Shown piece by piece: positions 17,879-27,942 of a DNA stretch of 30,296 nt. Each line of letters begins with the position of its first letter. Position 1 is the stretch's first letter. Position numbers and translations under genes: made by a program. This stretch comes from Chlamydiia bacterium. GTDB taxonomy: Bacteria > Chlamydiota > Chlamydiia > Chlamydiales > Parachlamydiaceae. The notes below the pieces were generated by a model that had not been told where the DNA came from, did no database searches, and saw nothing but the letters and a program-made list of their open reading frames with translations. Location of the stretch: positions 1-30,296 of the forward strand of contig JBBSJT010000015.1 in NCBI GenBank assembly GCA_038257035.1, read 5' to 3'.

Positions 17879-18684
17879 ATGAAAATTCTTGTGCCATGTG
17901 ATTTTTCTAAAATATCAAATAATGCAGCACTTTATGCAGCAAAATTTGCAAATCAAATCAATGCGGAAATTATTCTGTTTCATGTAACCTGGGTGGAAGA
18001 AAAGATAAGCGATCCTAATTTTCCCGTTAAATCTCGAGATTGCGCTGCTTTAGCTTACGAACTTAAATCAGCAGTCGAAGGGGTTAAGATTTCCTTTAAA
18101 GTCGACGCTGGATTCCCAATTGAAAGTTTAATAGAAGATTACGCTGTAAATAACAAAATTGATCTGATTGTAATGGGTACTAAAGGCGCAAGCGGTTTAA
18201 AAAAGCATTATTTGGCAGCAATGCAGTTAATCTAATAAATATAAGCTCTATACCAATCATTACAGTACCTGAATATGCACGATTCAGTAATTTGAAGCAC
18301 ATTGTATATGCTTCGGATACTTCAATTATAACTGAAATGCATCCTAGAATACAAAAACTTATTTTGCTTGCTCAACTTTTTAATGCATCAATTTATATTC
18401 TTCATGTCCTCCCTCAGTATCCGCTGGATTCTGATAAAAAGATTGATGTCGTTAAGATTAAAGATTCCCTGATTAATAAATACAAATATAAAGAAATTTC
18501 ATTTCATATTTCTCATAATGAAGATGTTATAGAAGCTATTAATGACTTTGTCGCTGATAAGAAAACGGATCTTCTTGCCATGTTCACCCATGATAGTACA
18601 TTTTTCGAGAACATTTTTAATACAAGCGTTAGCAGGGAAATGGCTTTTCATAGTTTAGTTCCACTACTTACTATAAAAGAATGA
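17879..18684 (+). pseudogene. Universal stress protein paralog, split by a 1-nt deficit in an A6 run (pseudogene or -1 frameshifted gene)
   Basis: ORFs 17879-18235 and 18292-18684 join into a 268-aa Usp if one A is added at 18199-18204, restoring GLKKALFGSNAV. Confidence 0.88.
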
Positions 18685-18745
18685 ATATAGGGTTTTAAGC
18701 TAAAGACATTTCACAAAAATCCGAACAACTTTAATTTGGTATATT

Positions 18746-21466
18746 ATGAACTTAGATGATTCTAATGAAGATAGAGATCAATCGTGGCACGCAGTCACAG
18801 TTGATAAAGCTCTTGAAAAGATGATAAGTTCACCAGAGGAAGGACTGTCTAAAGATGAAGTAAAATCAAGGCAAAAACAGTATGGATTAAATGAACTGTC
18901 TAGAAGGAAAATCCCTTCGTTACTCAGTATTTTTTTCCATCAGTTTAAAAGCCCCCTGATTTACCTTCTTCTGATTGCTGTCGTCATTGCCTTTGGGGTT
19001 GGCCACAATTTGGATGCACAAGTGATTCTTTTCGTTTTAATAATGAATGCTTTAATTGGATCCTTACAAGAACGACGCGCTCAAATTTCAATGGAAGCGC
19101 TCAAAAAATTGACACAAACTGTTGTAAGGGTACTTCGTAACCAACAAGAAGAGTTGATTGACTCAAAAGAACTAGTTCCGGGTGATATTCTATTTTTAAA
19201 TGAAGGAGATGCTGTGGGGGCAGATGCGAGATTAATTAGTGTCTCATCCCTGCAAGTTTCAGAAGCTTCTTTGACAGGTGAGTCCATGCCGGTCGGTAAA
19301 ATAGTTTCCTCGCTTTCAATAGCAACAACACTTGCTGATAGAACTAATATGGTTTATGCAGGAACACACATCACCAAAGGAAAAGGAAAGGCCGTAGTTA
19401 TTGCGACAGGCATTCGGACGGAGATTGGCCAAATTGCAACCCTATCTCAAGCCACTGATAAAACCATCACTCCATTAGAAGGGAAAATTGCTAACTTTTC
19501 CAAGTACATATTGGTGGCGGCTTTTTTTGTATTTATTTCTGTCGTTTTGATCGGGGTAGCACAAAAACTAAGCTTTTCTACGATTTTTATGATTGCTCTT
19601 AGCCAGGTAGTGTCTATGGTTCCGGAAGGGCTTCCTGTAGCGATGACAGTGGCATTAGCAGTTGGTATGCAACGCATGGCACAACGTGGTGCAATCGTGC
19701 GCAAATTGGATGCCGTAGAAACGTTGGGGTCTACAAACATAATATGTACCGATAAAACAGGAACTCTTACGCGCAATGAGATGACCGTTACAGAGATCAT
19801 GCTTTCAGAAGGAAGGAAAATCAAAGTCACGGGGGCCGGCTATTCTCCACAAGGAGAATTTATAGAACATGAAAAGAGGATCGATCCAAAAACTGATGAA
19901 AATTTGGTTGAGTTTTTTACTGCAGCCGCTCTTTGTAATGATGCAGTATATGTTGTAAATACTGATGGATCGCCTAGCAAAACTATAGGGGATCCAACCG
20001 AAGTTTCATTGTTAACTCTAGTGCAAAAGGCAGGAACCAACCCGGAGGAAATCAGAGGACATTTTGTCAGACTAGCTGAAATTCCCTTTGATTCGGAAAC
20101 TAAAATGATGGGGGTTCTTGTCGAAAGAGATGGAATAAAAAGAATTTATGTTAAAGGTGCTCCTGAACCAATTTTAAAACTTTGTGCAACTATAAAGAGT
20201 GGTGAAAATAGAATCTCAATTGATCATGCAGTTATAAATGGCCTGCAACAAGAACAGGACTCCATGGCTGCAAGAGCCTTAAGACTGCTTGCTTTTGCAG
20301 TTATCGAAAATCCCACAACAGATTTATCCGGTGGATGGGAATCCCTAAAGGGGGATGCTTGCTTTTTAGCAGTTACAGGCCAATTTGATCCTCCTCGCCC
20401 TGAGGTAAAAGCTGCTGTCCATGCTTGCCGCTCTGCCGGGATTCGCCCGATTATTGTCACTGGTGATCATAAAATTACAGGTCTTGCCATTGCCAAGATG
20501 TTGGACATCGCTGAAGAAGGGGAAATTGCTATCGATGGTCAAGAGCTTTCTTTGCTTTCGGATGAAGAACTCAGCGCACAACTCCATAAGATTTCGGTCT
20601 TTGCGCGCGTGCATCCCGCCCAAAAACTTCGAATTGTAAAAGCTTGGCAGCAAAACAATGCTGTAGTTGCTATGACAGGTGATGGGGTCAATGATGCTCC
20701 GGCCCTTGCCAAAGCAGATGTCGGTGTTGCTATGGGAATTACCGGAACGGAAGTTGCAAAGGAAGCTGCAAAGATCGTCATTACGGATGACAATTTTGCC
20801 ACGATTGTACGCGCTGTTGAAGAAGGGCGCATCGTATTTCGAAATTTGAAGAAGTTACTTTTATACTTAATCAGTACAGGTCTTACAGAACTTATTGTTC
20901 TTTACGTTGCCCTGATTTTTGGCCTGCCCTTACCACTTGCAGCTGTTCAGATTCTATGGATCAATTTAATCACAGATGGTGGGTTGGCTCTTCCTTTGGT
21001 ATTGGAGCCAAGCGAAGGGGATGAGATGAAATACCCACCGATTTCCCGTGATGAACCCCTTATTAACCGGCAGATTTTGAAACGGATGGCTTTCATGGTG
21101 CCTGCCATGGCAACTTCTACGCTCTTCTACTTCATATACCGTCTTTCTTCCGGTATCCCATTCGAAGAAGTACAGACAGGTACTTTTACCGTACTTGCAG
21201 TATGCCAGTGGTTTAACGCTCTAAATTGTCGATCGGAAAAAAGATCAGCATTCAAGGAGTTATTAAAAAATCGTTGGTTGCTATTTAGTCTATTGATTGG
21301 TAGTGTTCTGCATATGGGAGTCGTCTTTTTACCCCCCCTCAATCGCTTATTTCACACAGTGCCTATGCCCATTAGCGAAGTCTTTTTGATTGGTTCTGTA
21401 GCAAGCTTGGTGCTTTGGGTAGAAGAACTAAGGAAACTATGGGTGCGTTATACAGAACGGGCTTAA
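18746..21466 (+). CDS. Cation-transporting P-type ATPase, type IIA (Ca2+-ATPase-like)
   Basis: LTGES, VPEGLP, DKTGTLT phosphorylation site, KGAPE, TGDGVNDAPAL, QILWINLITDG. Confidence 0.96.
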   Translation: MNLDDSNEDRDQSWHAVTVDKALEKMISSPEEGLSKDEVKSRQKQYGLNELSRRKIPSLLSIFFHQFKSPLIYLLLIAVVIAFGVGHNLDAQVILFVLIMNALIGSLQERRAQISMEALKKLTQTVVRVLRNQQEELIDSKELVPGDILFLNEGDAVGADARLISVSSLQVSEASLTGESMPVGKIVSSLSIATTLADRTNMVYAGTHITKGKGKAVVIATGIRTEIGQIATLSQATDKTITPLEGKIANFSKYILVAAFFVFISVVLIGVAQKLSFSTIFMIALSQVVSMVPEGLPVAMTVALAVGMQRMAQRGAIVRKLDAVETLGSTNIICTDKTGTLTRNEMTVTEIMLSEGRKIKVTGAGYSPQGEFIEHEKRIDPKTDENLVEFFTAAALCNDAVYVVNTDGSPSKTIGDPTEVSLLTLVQKAGTNPEEIRGHFVRLAEIPFDSETKMMGVLVERDGIKRIYVKGAPEPILKLCATIKSGENRISIDHAVINGLQQEQDSMAARALRLLAFAVIENPTTDLSGGWESLKGDACFLAVTGQFDPPRPEVKAAVHACRSAGIRPIIVTGDHKITGLAIAKMLDIAEEGEIAIDGQELSLLSDEELSAQLHKISVFARVHPAQKLRIVKAWQQNNAVVAMTGDGVNDAPALAKADVGVAMGITGTEVAKEAAKIVITDDNFATIVRAVEEGRIVFRNLKKLLLYLISTGLTELIVLYVALIFGLPLPLAAVQILWINLITDGGLALPLVLEPSEGDEMKYPPISRDEPLINRQILKRMAFMVPAMATSTLFYFIYRLSSGIPFEEVQTGTFTVLAVCQWFNALNCRSEKRSAFKELLKNRWLLFSLLIGSVLHMGVVFLPPLNRLFHTVPMPISEVFLIGSVASLVLWVEELRKLWVRYTERA

Positions 21467-21519
21467 GATCAATTAAATATTTAGCAAAGACAACTGACCT
21501 CTTTCAAAACTGCTAAACG

Positions 21520-22017
21520 TTACGTCTTCTCAATAATTTTTTTCTTTTTTGGCTTTATTTGTAAAAGCAGAAGATAGTAGGTGATTCCCAATGCGAAGAC
21601 TGTGCAAGCAGATGCTAATACAAACATTGGGGTAGTGTAGGCGTAATCGAATACGATAATCTTTCTGGAAATTGCCATTAAAGCTGTTGCCACGACAAGC
21701 CTGACATGAATAGTATTATCTTTAAGATAGAGGACAATATTCACAAAAATCTCTATTCCGATAAGTACGGCTAAAAAAGCCCCAAAAGTGCTGAACATAT
21801 CATTGATGTTGAGGAGGAATTTAGGTTCTTCCCACATTTTTTGATAGAGAATCCAACATACATCTGCGACGCCCCACAAGACAACCATTGCCATCAAAAA
21901 GGCCAAGACACGAAGTGCCCAACGAATTATAGACTGAAGAAAGCTCAAATATCTGTCTTCGGCATGGCTCGATATTGCAATCATTAAATGATCATCATCA
22001 TCCATTTCATCCATCAT
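21520..22017 (-). CDS. Phosphate-starvation-inducible PsiE family membrane protein
   Basis: Four TM helices; LAVLIGIEIF and VVATALMAISRKII motifs; AGGAG RBS. Confidence 0.85.
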   Translation of the reverse strand: MMDEMDDDDHLMIAISSHAEDRYLSFLQSIIRWALRVLAFLMAMVVLWGVADVCWILYQKMWEEPKFLLNINDMFSTFGAFLAVLIGIEIFVNIVLYLKDNTIHVRLVVATALMAISRKIIVFDYAYTTPMFVLASACTVFALGITYYLLLLQIKPKKKKIIEKT

Positions 22018-22162
22018 CTTTCTCCTGTATTATCTTTTTGATATCAAAACGAGTGCATTAAAGCAATTTTTATCTGAGGTTTAAGATATGAACTCGTTTT
22101 GCTTTCGTAGCGTAAGTATTTAAATGGTGTTTTGAATCAGTTGGCGTCGGCTATTTTTAGGA

Positions 22163-22474
22163 TTATTTTAGTTTTTTTAATTTGTATGCGACGTAATAAA
22201 TGAATAAATGGCTGGAGAGAGGTATCGTTATGAATTGAAACAAGATTGTCAGTAAGACCTTAAGGCCAACAGCCTCCGTCCCGAGATGAATCCATAAACC
22301 TATTAGCATAAGTATAAAGCCTAATGTAACGGCTTTTGAAAGGGCATGTGCCCGGCAAATAACATCCGGCATAATTAAAATGCCTAAATTGGCGATCAAA
22401 ATAAAAAAAACGCCTGTAAGCAAGAAAAATGCGACTAATAATTCATTCAATATCATGGGTATCCTTTTGCTCAT
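22163..22474 (-). CDS. mrpG: Mrp Na+/H+ antiporter subunit G
   Basis: MPDVICRAHALSKAVTLG and TIPLSSH motifs; start is 22474 or 22456. Confidence 0.92.
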   Translation of the reverse strand: MSKRIPMILNELLVAFFLLTGVFFILIANLGILIMPDVICRAHALSKAVTLGFILMLIGLWIHLGTEAVGLKVLLTILFQFITIPLSSHLFIYYVAYKLKKLK

Positions 22475-22745
22475 AATCCTTCCTTTTCTCAAGGCTGCCA
22501 AGATAATCCAAATAGCCCAATACAGATGTAAATCCCAATAGGCTGAAAATTAGCAATACTTCAAGAAAATAAAAGGAAGAAGTTTCAAGTGAAAATAGGA
22601 CTGCCATTCCGGCAGCACATAAAGCGATAGAATCGAAAGCTAAAACACGGTCAAGAGTTGAAGGGCCTAAAATTAAACGGACTATGGTTAAAATAGCGGA
22701 TAAGAACAAAGTTAAATAACATATCATAATGACATACGGCATCAT
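22443..22745 (-). CDS. mrpF: Mrp Na+/H+ antiporter subunit F
   Basis: RLILGPSTLDRVLAFD motif; three TM helices. Confidence 0.94.
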   Translation of the reverse strand: MMPYVIMICYLTLFLSAILTIVRLILGPSTLDRVLAFDSIALCAAGMAVLFSLETSSFYFLEVLLIFSLLGFTSVLGYLDYLGSLEKRKDYEQKDTHDIE

Positions 22746-23218
22746 CTTGTAAACCCTAAAATTAAGAACTTGATTTCATCGATATTTTTAAATACCCGCT
22801 CGGGTTCTTTTAGATCTATGAGATGAACCCGCAGGACAGACTTTTCTAAATTAACACTGACTGAGCCCGGCGTTAAAGTAATAAATTGACTGAGCAAAAG
22901 AGCTTCAAAGTGAGTCAGGTCTTGAATGGGATAAGAGATAAAAGAGGGATTAATTTTATTTTTGTAGTAAAATAGAATGATTTTAACCATGTTTAAATTT
23001 GACTTTATAAACATTAAGGAAAAACTGAAAATAAATTTTACAAACCCCCTCGCCATTTTAACATATTTTGAGGTGTTCAATAAATATTGAAAGGTCCACA
23101 AAATCATAAAACCAATGCCAAAACCTAGAAGAAAGTTAAAAATATCGGCTTCGCCATTCAAAATAATCCAAAGCACTGCCAAGATAATATTAAGGATCAA
23201 ATAATGAATAGGTTTCAT
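22742..23218 (-). CDS. mrpE: Mrp Na+/H+ antiporter subunit E
   Basis: ITLTPGS and VHLID motifs; 4-nt overlaps with both neighbours. Confidence 0.94.
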   Translation of the reverse strand: MKPIHYLILNIILAVLWIILNGEADIFNFLLGFGIGFMILWTFQYLLNTSKYVKMARGFVKFIFSFSLMFIKSNLNMVKIILFYYKNKINPSFISYPIQDLTHFEALLLSQFITLTPGSVSVNLEKSVLRVHLIDLKEPERVFKNIDEIKFLILGFTR

Positions 23219-24708
23219 GGCAATCCTTTTCCGGAGGCTTTAAAAACAGCCACGATATATGGCTCTTTTTGAAAAATTTGCTCAGCCGCTAAGACTGTTA
23301 TATTATAAATGGGCTCTATGCAAAGCCCTAGTATCAGGCTTGCGAATACAAGCATGCCAACAGATATATAGTTTTCCGTAAGCGTTATCTTCTTTATTGA
23401 ACTCTTTTCGTTTGGTGAATTTTTCCAAAAGGCACCTACCCAAATTTTTACCATGCTAAAAAGAGTAAGCCAGCTTGTCAAAAGAGCCACAGCAGCAGTA
23501 AAATAATTTTCCATTCGGATGGTTTCTAAGACCAATAAATATTTTCCCCAAAAACCGCTTAAAGGAGGTAATCCCGCTAAAGAAAAAGCTTGGATTAAAA
23601 AACTTGCTGCTAGCCAAGGCATAGCCAAAGATAAGTTTCCCATTTTTTTTAAATCGTCCGTTTCGGAAGCTTGCTCGGCGACACCTCCTATAAGAAATAG
23701 AGAAACCTTTACCCAAATATTATGGATAATAAACAAAAGGACAGAGGCTATAGCAAGAGGGGTATAAAGGCTTAATCCTAAAATCATATATCCGATTTGG
23801 CTAATAATATGGTAGGAGAGAATTCCTCGAATAGTCGTGCATGAAACGGCACCCAAGACTCCTAAAATCATGGTGAAAGTGGAAAGAACAAGCAAAATAT
23901 TATTTAAATGACCTAAGGGGGCAGGTAAAATGACGACAAACACTCGTATTAATACATATATTCCAACTTTTGTTAAAGACCCAGCAAACAGTGCCGCCAA
24001 GGAAGCTGGCAAATGAGAATATGTCCTTGGAAGCCAAAAGTATAGGGGAAAGATAGCGGCTTTCAGTCCGAATATTCCAAGAAGTAAATATCCCCATCCT
24101 AAGACAAGAGGGTTATTGTTCTGATCTTTAAATAGCTCTGATAAAGCGGCCATATTTAAATGGCCAGTATATCCATAAACCATGGCTGCAGCGCATAAAA
24201 ACCCCAAAGTGCCTATCAAGTTGATAAGGAGATAAGAAAATGCCCATTTTAGATTCTTTTCAGGAAGTTCCAAAGCGACAAGGGCGTAGGAAGCTACGAG
24301 CATCATTTCAAAAGAAACGAATAAATTAAAAAAATCTCCTGTCAGCAGGCTCAATGAAATACCTGATTGCAAAATAAAGATAAGGGTTATGCGAAGGGTA
24401 TTGGTCTTTTTGCCGGCCTCAACAGTGCCATATAAATTCGTCGCTAAAAAAATCAATGAAATAGTAAATAAAAAAAGAGAAGAAAACAGGTCGCTCACTA
24501 ATACAATTCCATAGGGCGGAAGCCAGTCCCCGATTACAGCAACTTGTATTTCTCCCTGAAGACAGCTCCATAATAAGAATGCAGAAACAAGGGTGTGTAA
24601 AGCGGAACCGGTTACCGTTATGGCTGTACGCCAATGGTCGGAGCGGTAGATTCCCGATATTATCGCGAAAAGCAAAGGGAGGATAATTGGAAGGGTTACG
24701 CTAATCAT
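23215..24708 (-). CDS. mrpD: Mrp Na+/H+ antiporter subunit D
   Basis: GDFFNLFVSFEMM, KAAIFPLYFWLP, LTKVGIY, LAGLPPLSGFWGK. Confidence 0.95.
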   Translation of the reverse strand: MISVTLPIILPLLFAIISGIYRSDHWRTAITVTGSALHTLVSAFLLWSCLQGEIQVAVIGDWLPPYGIVLVSDLFSSLFLFTISLIFLATNLYGTVEAGKKTNTLRITLIFILQSGISLSLLTGDFFNLFVSFEMMLVASYALVALELPEKNLKWAFSYLLINLIGTLGFLCAAAMVYGYTGHLNMAALSELFKDQNNNPLVLGWGYLLLGIFGLKAAIFPLYFWLPRTYSHLPASLAALFAGSLTKVGIYVLIRVFVVILPAPLGHLNNILLVLSTFTMILGVLGAVSCTTIRGILSYHIISQIGYMILGLSLYTPLAIASVLLFIIHNIWVKVSLFLIGGVAEQASETDDLKKMGNLSLAMPWLAASFLIQAFSLAGLPPLSGFWGKYLLVLETIRMENYFTAAVALLTSWLTLFSMVKIWVGAFWKNSPNEKSSIKKITLTENYISVGMLVFASLILGLCIEPIYNITVLAAEQIFQKEPYIVAVFKASGKGLP

Positions 24709-25045
24709 CGTGATCTATCTTCATATAATTGTTTGTATCGAGAGTTCCGAAATGAGCAAATAGGCGAAAGGCTAATACGATCATAAAAGCGATTAAGCCA
24801 AATCCAATCACAATAGAAGTTAAAATAAGTGCTTGAGGTAAAGGATCAACTAAGTTTTGTACTCCTTCTGTGAGAATAGGGACAGACCTTCCTTCCGGAT
24901 TTTCAGAAGTGAATAAAATCATTAAATTTATGCCATTTGATAAGAGTGCAAAACCAAAAATTAAATCTGTCAAGCGTGCTTGCATAATTAAATATGAGGA
25001 GACGCTAAAAAGAATGAAAACAAGAATTAAAGCATCTAATTCCAT
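24701..25045 (-). CDS. mrpC: Mrp Na+/H+ antiporter subunit C
   Basis: DPLPQALILTSIVIGF motif. Confidence 0.95.
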   Translation of the reverse strand: MELDALILVFILFSVSSYLIMQARLTDLIFGFALLSNGINLMILFTSENPEGRSVPILTEGVQNLVDPLPQALILTSIVIGFGLIAFMIVLAFRLFAHFGTLDTNNYMKIDHDD

Positions 25046-27807
25046 TTAATACCTATAAAGTTGACTTCACGAAATAAAAAATAGACTTTAGCAGTCATGG
25101 CTAAAACAACAAGATACACCCCCGTATCGAAAATTAAGGGAGTGATAGAAGATATATAGGCTAGCCAAGGCAAACTAGAGAAGTCAACATAATGGGTTAA
25201 AAACGGCGCCCCTAAAAAGAATGGAAAGCAACCTGCGAATAATATCATTCCAATACCGAAAAATCCGAGGCGTATAAAGAGGAGGGGTCTATTAAAGACA
25301 TGTATCGAAAATCCAAGGATAATCATAGAGATTCCATTCGTCAGACCGGCTACAAAGCCTCCTCCAGGATAGTTATGTCCTCTTAATAATAAATAGATAG
25401 AGAAAAGATTCAGCAGGATAAATATCAAAGGCATGATGGAGCGCAAAATGGGAGAATTCGTCGGAACGCATGGATTAATCTTTTTAAAAAATAATGTTTT
25501 CTTATTTGTCAGAAGACCTATGATTCCTAACATTGCCGTTAAAATAACAGTCGTTTCACCTAATGTGTCTAAACTTCGAAAGTCAATAAGGATCGTGTTC
25601 ACCACATTGGACCCATGGGCATAAGGAATTGAATTAGCCATAAAAAAATCAATCATGGGCTTATGTGACGAATGATAGAGAGCAACTATTAGAGTTGCTG
25701 TTAATCCGCATGTGATCGCGATTGGAATTGTAAATTTCTGGAATTTTGAAAAAATTGGTTCCGCATAACTGACTCTATTTCCTAAATGGCGAAATAGCAA
25801 GAGTATAATAAGAGAAGTTGCGACTTCCACTAGAATTTGCGTTAGGGCAAGATCCGGAGCAGAGTATAAAGCAAAGTAGATCGCTATGAAAAAACCGCAT
25901 CCCGATAAAGCCAACAACCTGGCAATAAGATTGTTGAAAAGGGGTATTAAAAAAGTAAACAAGCCTATAAAGAATATCGTTAAAATTCTAACCGGTGAAA
26001 TTAAGGCGAAGTTAGGGGAGACTGCGTCAGGAGGAGAATAACATATTAAAAATCCACCCAAGAAAATGCCGAAGAAAGAAAATAAAATCGCTGATTGCCG
26101 CTGATAACTCATCGGTTCAAAAGGTTTGACTATTATTTGGCACATTTTTGGAAACTCATTAATAAACTTATCAAACAAATCTCCAAAATTTAACTGTCCA
26201 ATGATGCTTGTAAAACGCCACTCAATCTTTTCTGCCACATAAAAGAACAACGCTCCTCCTAATAAGATCAAAGTACTGACCAGCAGCTCAATTGTCCAAC
26301 CGTGCCAAAGCTGCAGCACACGAGGGTCTAATTTATGCAAGCCCGACACATAGAAAAGAGAGGTTAATTGACCAAACTGAGTTGGCAATATTCCTAAAAT
26401 GAACGCAATCGAACTTAAGATTAGCGGAGGAAATTGGATCCCTAAAGATGGGGGGTGAATAAGTTCGATTTCTTTCCCCCTTACATCGCGCACAAATAAA
26501 TGGGAAAAAATTCGGATCGCAATGGAGACTTTAAATAAGGAAGCCACAATAAGTACGCCTAAGATTAACCAGCCGCTATGATGTGATCTTCCCAATGTGA
26601 TAATATCCAATAAAATAAGTTCTTTACTGAGAAAACCGGTAGTTCCAGGAATACCGGCCATGGCGGCTGCGGCTATAAGAAATATAAGAGATGTCAGCGG
26701 TAACTTTTTCCAAAGACCACCAAGCTTTCGCACGTCCCGAATGCCTGTGGCATGATCGACAATTCCAACCAGCATGAATAAGCTTGCCTTATAAAGGGCA
26801 TGATTTAGAATATGTACATAATCATATTCGATCCCCTCTTCTCCGCCAATCCCATAAAATCCTAAGAAAAACCCTAGCTGGCTGACTGTTGCATAGGCTA
26901 AAATAGCTTTAAGATCATTAGATAAAAGGGAAAGAATAGCCCCTAAAAGAAGAGTAATGAAGCTGAATGTAGTCAGCATATAAAACCAAATTTCATGCGA
27001 AGCAAATAAAGGATACATTCTAGCAGTTAAAAACACTCCCAGTTTAACCATTGTGGCAGCGTGCAAATAAGCAGAAACGGGTGTGGGTGCAACCATGGCA
27101 TTAGGAAGCCAAAAGTAAAATGGGAATTGAGCTGATTTGCCAAAAATACCTATTAAAAAGCAAATGATGATCGGATAGCTCCATGCGGCATGTTCTTGAA
27201 AGGATATCCCCTGCGTAGCCATGAGATGCCATTCAAAGGTCCCTGTCAAAATATCTAACATGATAATGCCGGCCAATAAAGCCAAACTGGTAAGCCCTGT
27301 CACTAAAAGGGCCATGCGGGCTCCCTTCCAAGCCGAAGGTTCGGGATGCCAATAGCCGATTAACAAAAAGGATGCGACGCCCGTGAGCTCCCAAAAGAAA
27401 AAAAGAACCATAAGGTTGCTGGAAAAGACAGTGCCTAACATGGCTCCCATAAAAAACATAAGGCAAGCATAAAATCGCCCTAAATGTGGGTCTTTTGGAT
27501 CCATGTAATATTGGGCATACCAATTCACTAATATTCCCATTCCTGAGATTAAGATTCCAAAAAATAGGGAAAGACCATCTGTGATAAACGTTAAATTAAT
27601 TCCTAAGCTGGGTACCCAAGGGATCGTGATAACCTGAGGCTCATTCCAACCGGAAACTTGCCCCCCCAGGATGATGCTGATCAGAGAAGCTAAAGAAAGA
27701 AAAAGGGCAATAAAGCCTAAATAACGAGGAAATTTCAATTTCAAATAAAAAAATAAAGGGCTGAACAGCATTGGGAAAAAAATTGCGAATAAAAGATACA
27801 ATTTCAT
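25036..27807 (-). CDS. mrpA: Mrp Na+/H+ antiporter subunit A fused to subunit B (MrpA', group-2 operon)
   Basis: KSAQFPFYFWLPNAMVAPTPVSAYLHAATMVK; NVVNTILIDFRSLDTLGE; C-terminal MrpB motif RGHNYPGGGFVAGL; no separate mrpB. Confidence 0.96.
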   Translation of the reverse strand: MKLYLLFAIFFPMLFSPLFFYLKLKFPRYLGFIALFLSLASLISIILGGQVSGWNEPQVITIPWVPSLGINLTFITDGLSLFFGILISGMGILVNWYAQYYMDPKDPHLGRFYACLMFFMGAMLGTVFSSNLMVLFFFWELTGVASFLLIGYWHPEPSAWKGARMALLVTGLTSLALLAGIIMLDILTGTFEWHLMATQGISFQEHAAWSYPIIICFLIGIFGKSAQFPFYFWLPNAMVAPTPVSAYLHAATMVKLGVFLTARMYPLFASHEIWFYMLTTFSFITLLLGAILSLLSNDLKAILAYATVSQLGFFLGFYGIGGEEGIEYDYVHILNHALYKASLFMLVGIVDHATGIRDVRKLGGLWKKLPLTSLIFLIAAAAMAGIPGTTGFLSKELILLDIITLGRSHHSGWLILGVLIVASLFKVSIAIRIFSHLFVRDVRGKEIELIHPPSLGIQFPPLILSSIAFILGILPTQFGQLTSLFYVSGLHKLDPRVLQLWHGWTIELLVSTLILLGGALFFYVAEKIEWRFTSIIGQLNFGDLFDKFINEFPKMCQIIVKPFEPMSYQRQSAILFSFFGIFLGGFLICYSPPDAVSPNFALISPVRILTIFFIGLFTFLIPLFNNLIARLLALSGCGFFIAIYFALYSAPDLALTQILVEVATSLIILLLFRHLGNRVSYAEPIFSKFQKFTIPIAITCGLTATLIVALYHSSHKPMIDFFMANSIPYAHGSNVVNTILIDFRSLDTLGETTVILTAMLGIIGLLTNKKTLFFKKINPCVPTNSPILRSIMPLIFILLNLFSIYLLLRGHNYPGGGFVAGLTNGISMIILGFSIHVFNRPLLFIRLGFFGIGMILFAGCFPFFLGAPFLTHYVDFSSLPWLAYISSITPLIFDTGVYLVVLAMTAKVYFLFREVNFIGIKWN

Positions 27808-27884
27808 GATAAGTACACTTTAAATATTTAACAGGCTTACATCGTGAAATTGTAAGAGGCTAAAAGCCGTTTACCATTTCTTCC

Positions 27885-27942
27885 AACAAGAATAATCAGG
27901 GCGGGCCGCCCTGGTTGCTTTTTTGCAGCCATCCCAACCCTA
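27885..27942 (-). ncRNA. Candidate cis-regulatory RNA (Na+/Li+ riboswitch-like) in the mrpA leader
   Basis: UAGGGUUGGG-AU-GGCUGC-AAAAAA-GCAACC-AGGGCGGCCCGCCCUG-AUUAUUCUUGUU; two mutually exclusive pairings of the 3' CGCCCUG; about 80-135 nt upstream of the mrpA ATG. Confidence 0.55.

Noticed and set aside
19081..21342. Multiple short antisense or alternate-frame ORFs within the P-type ATPase (and similar ones inside other long genes)
   Set aside because: Shadow ORFs of well-supported genes with no independent coding signal
25036..25440. Apparent absence of mrpB
   Set aside because: The MrpB domain is fused to the MrpA C-terminus, the known group-2 arrangement
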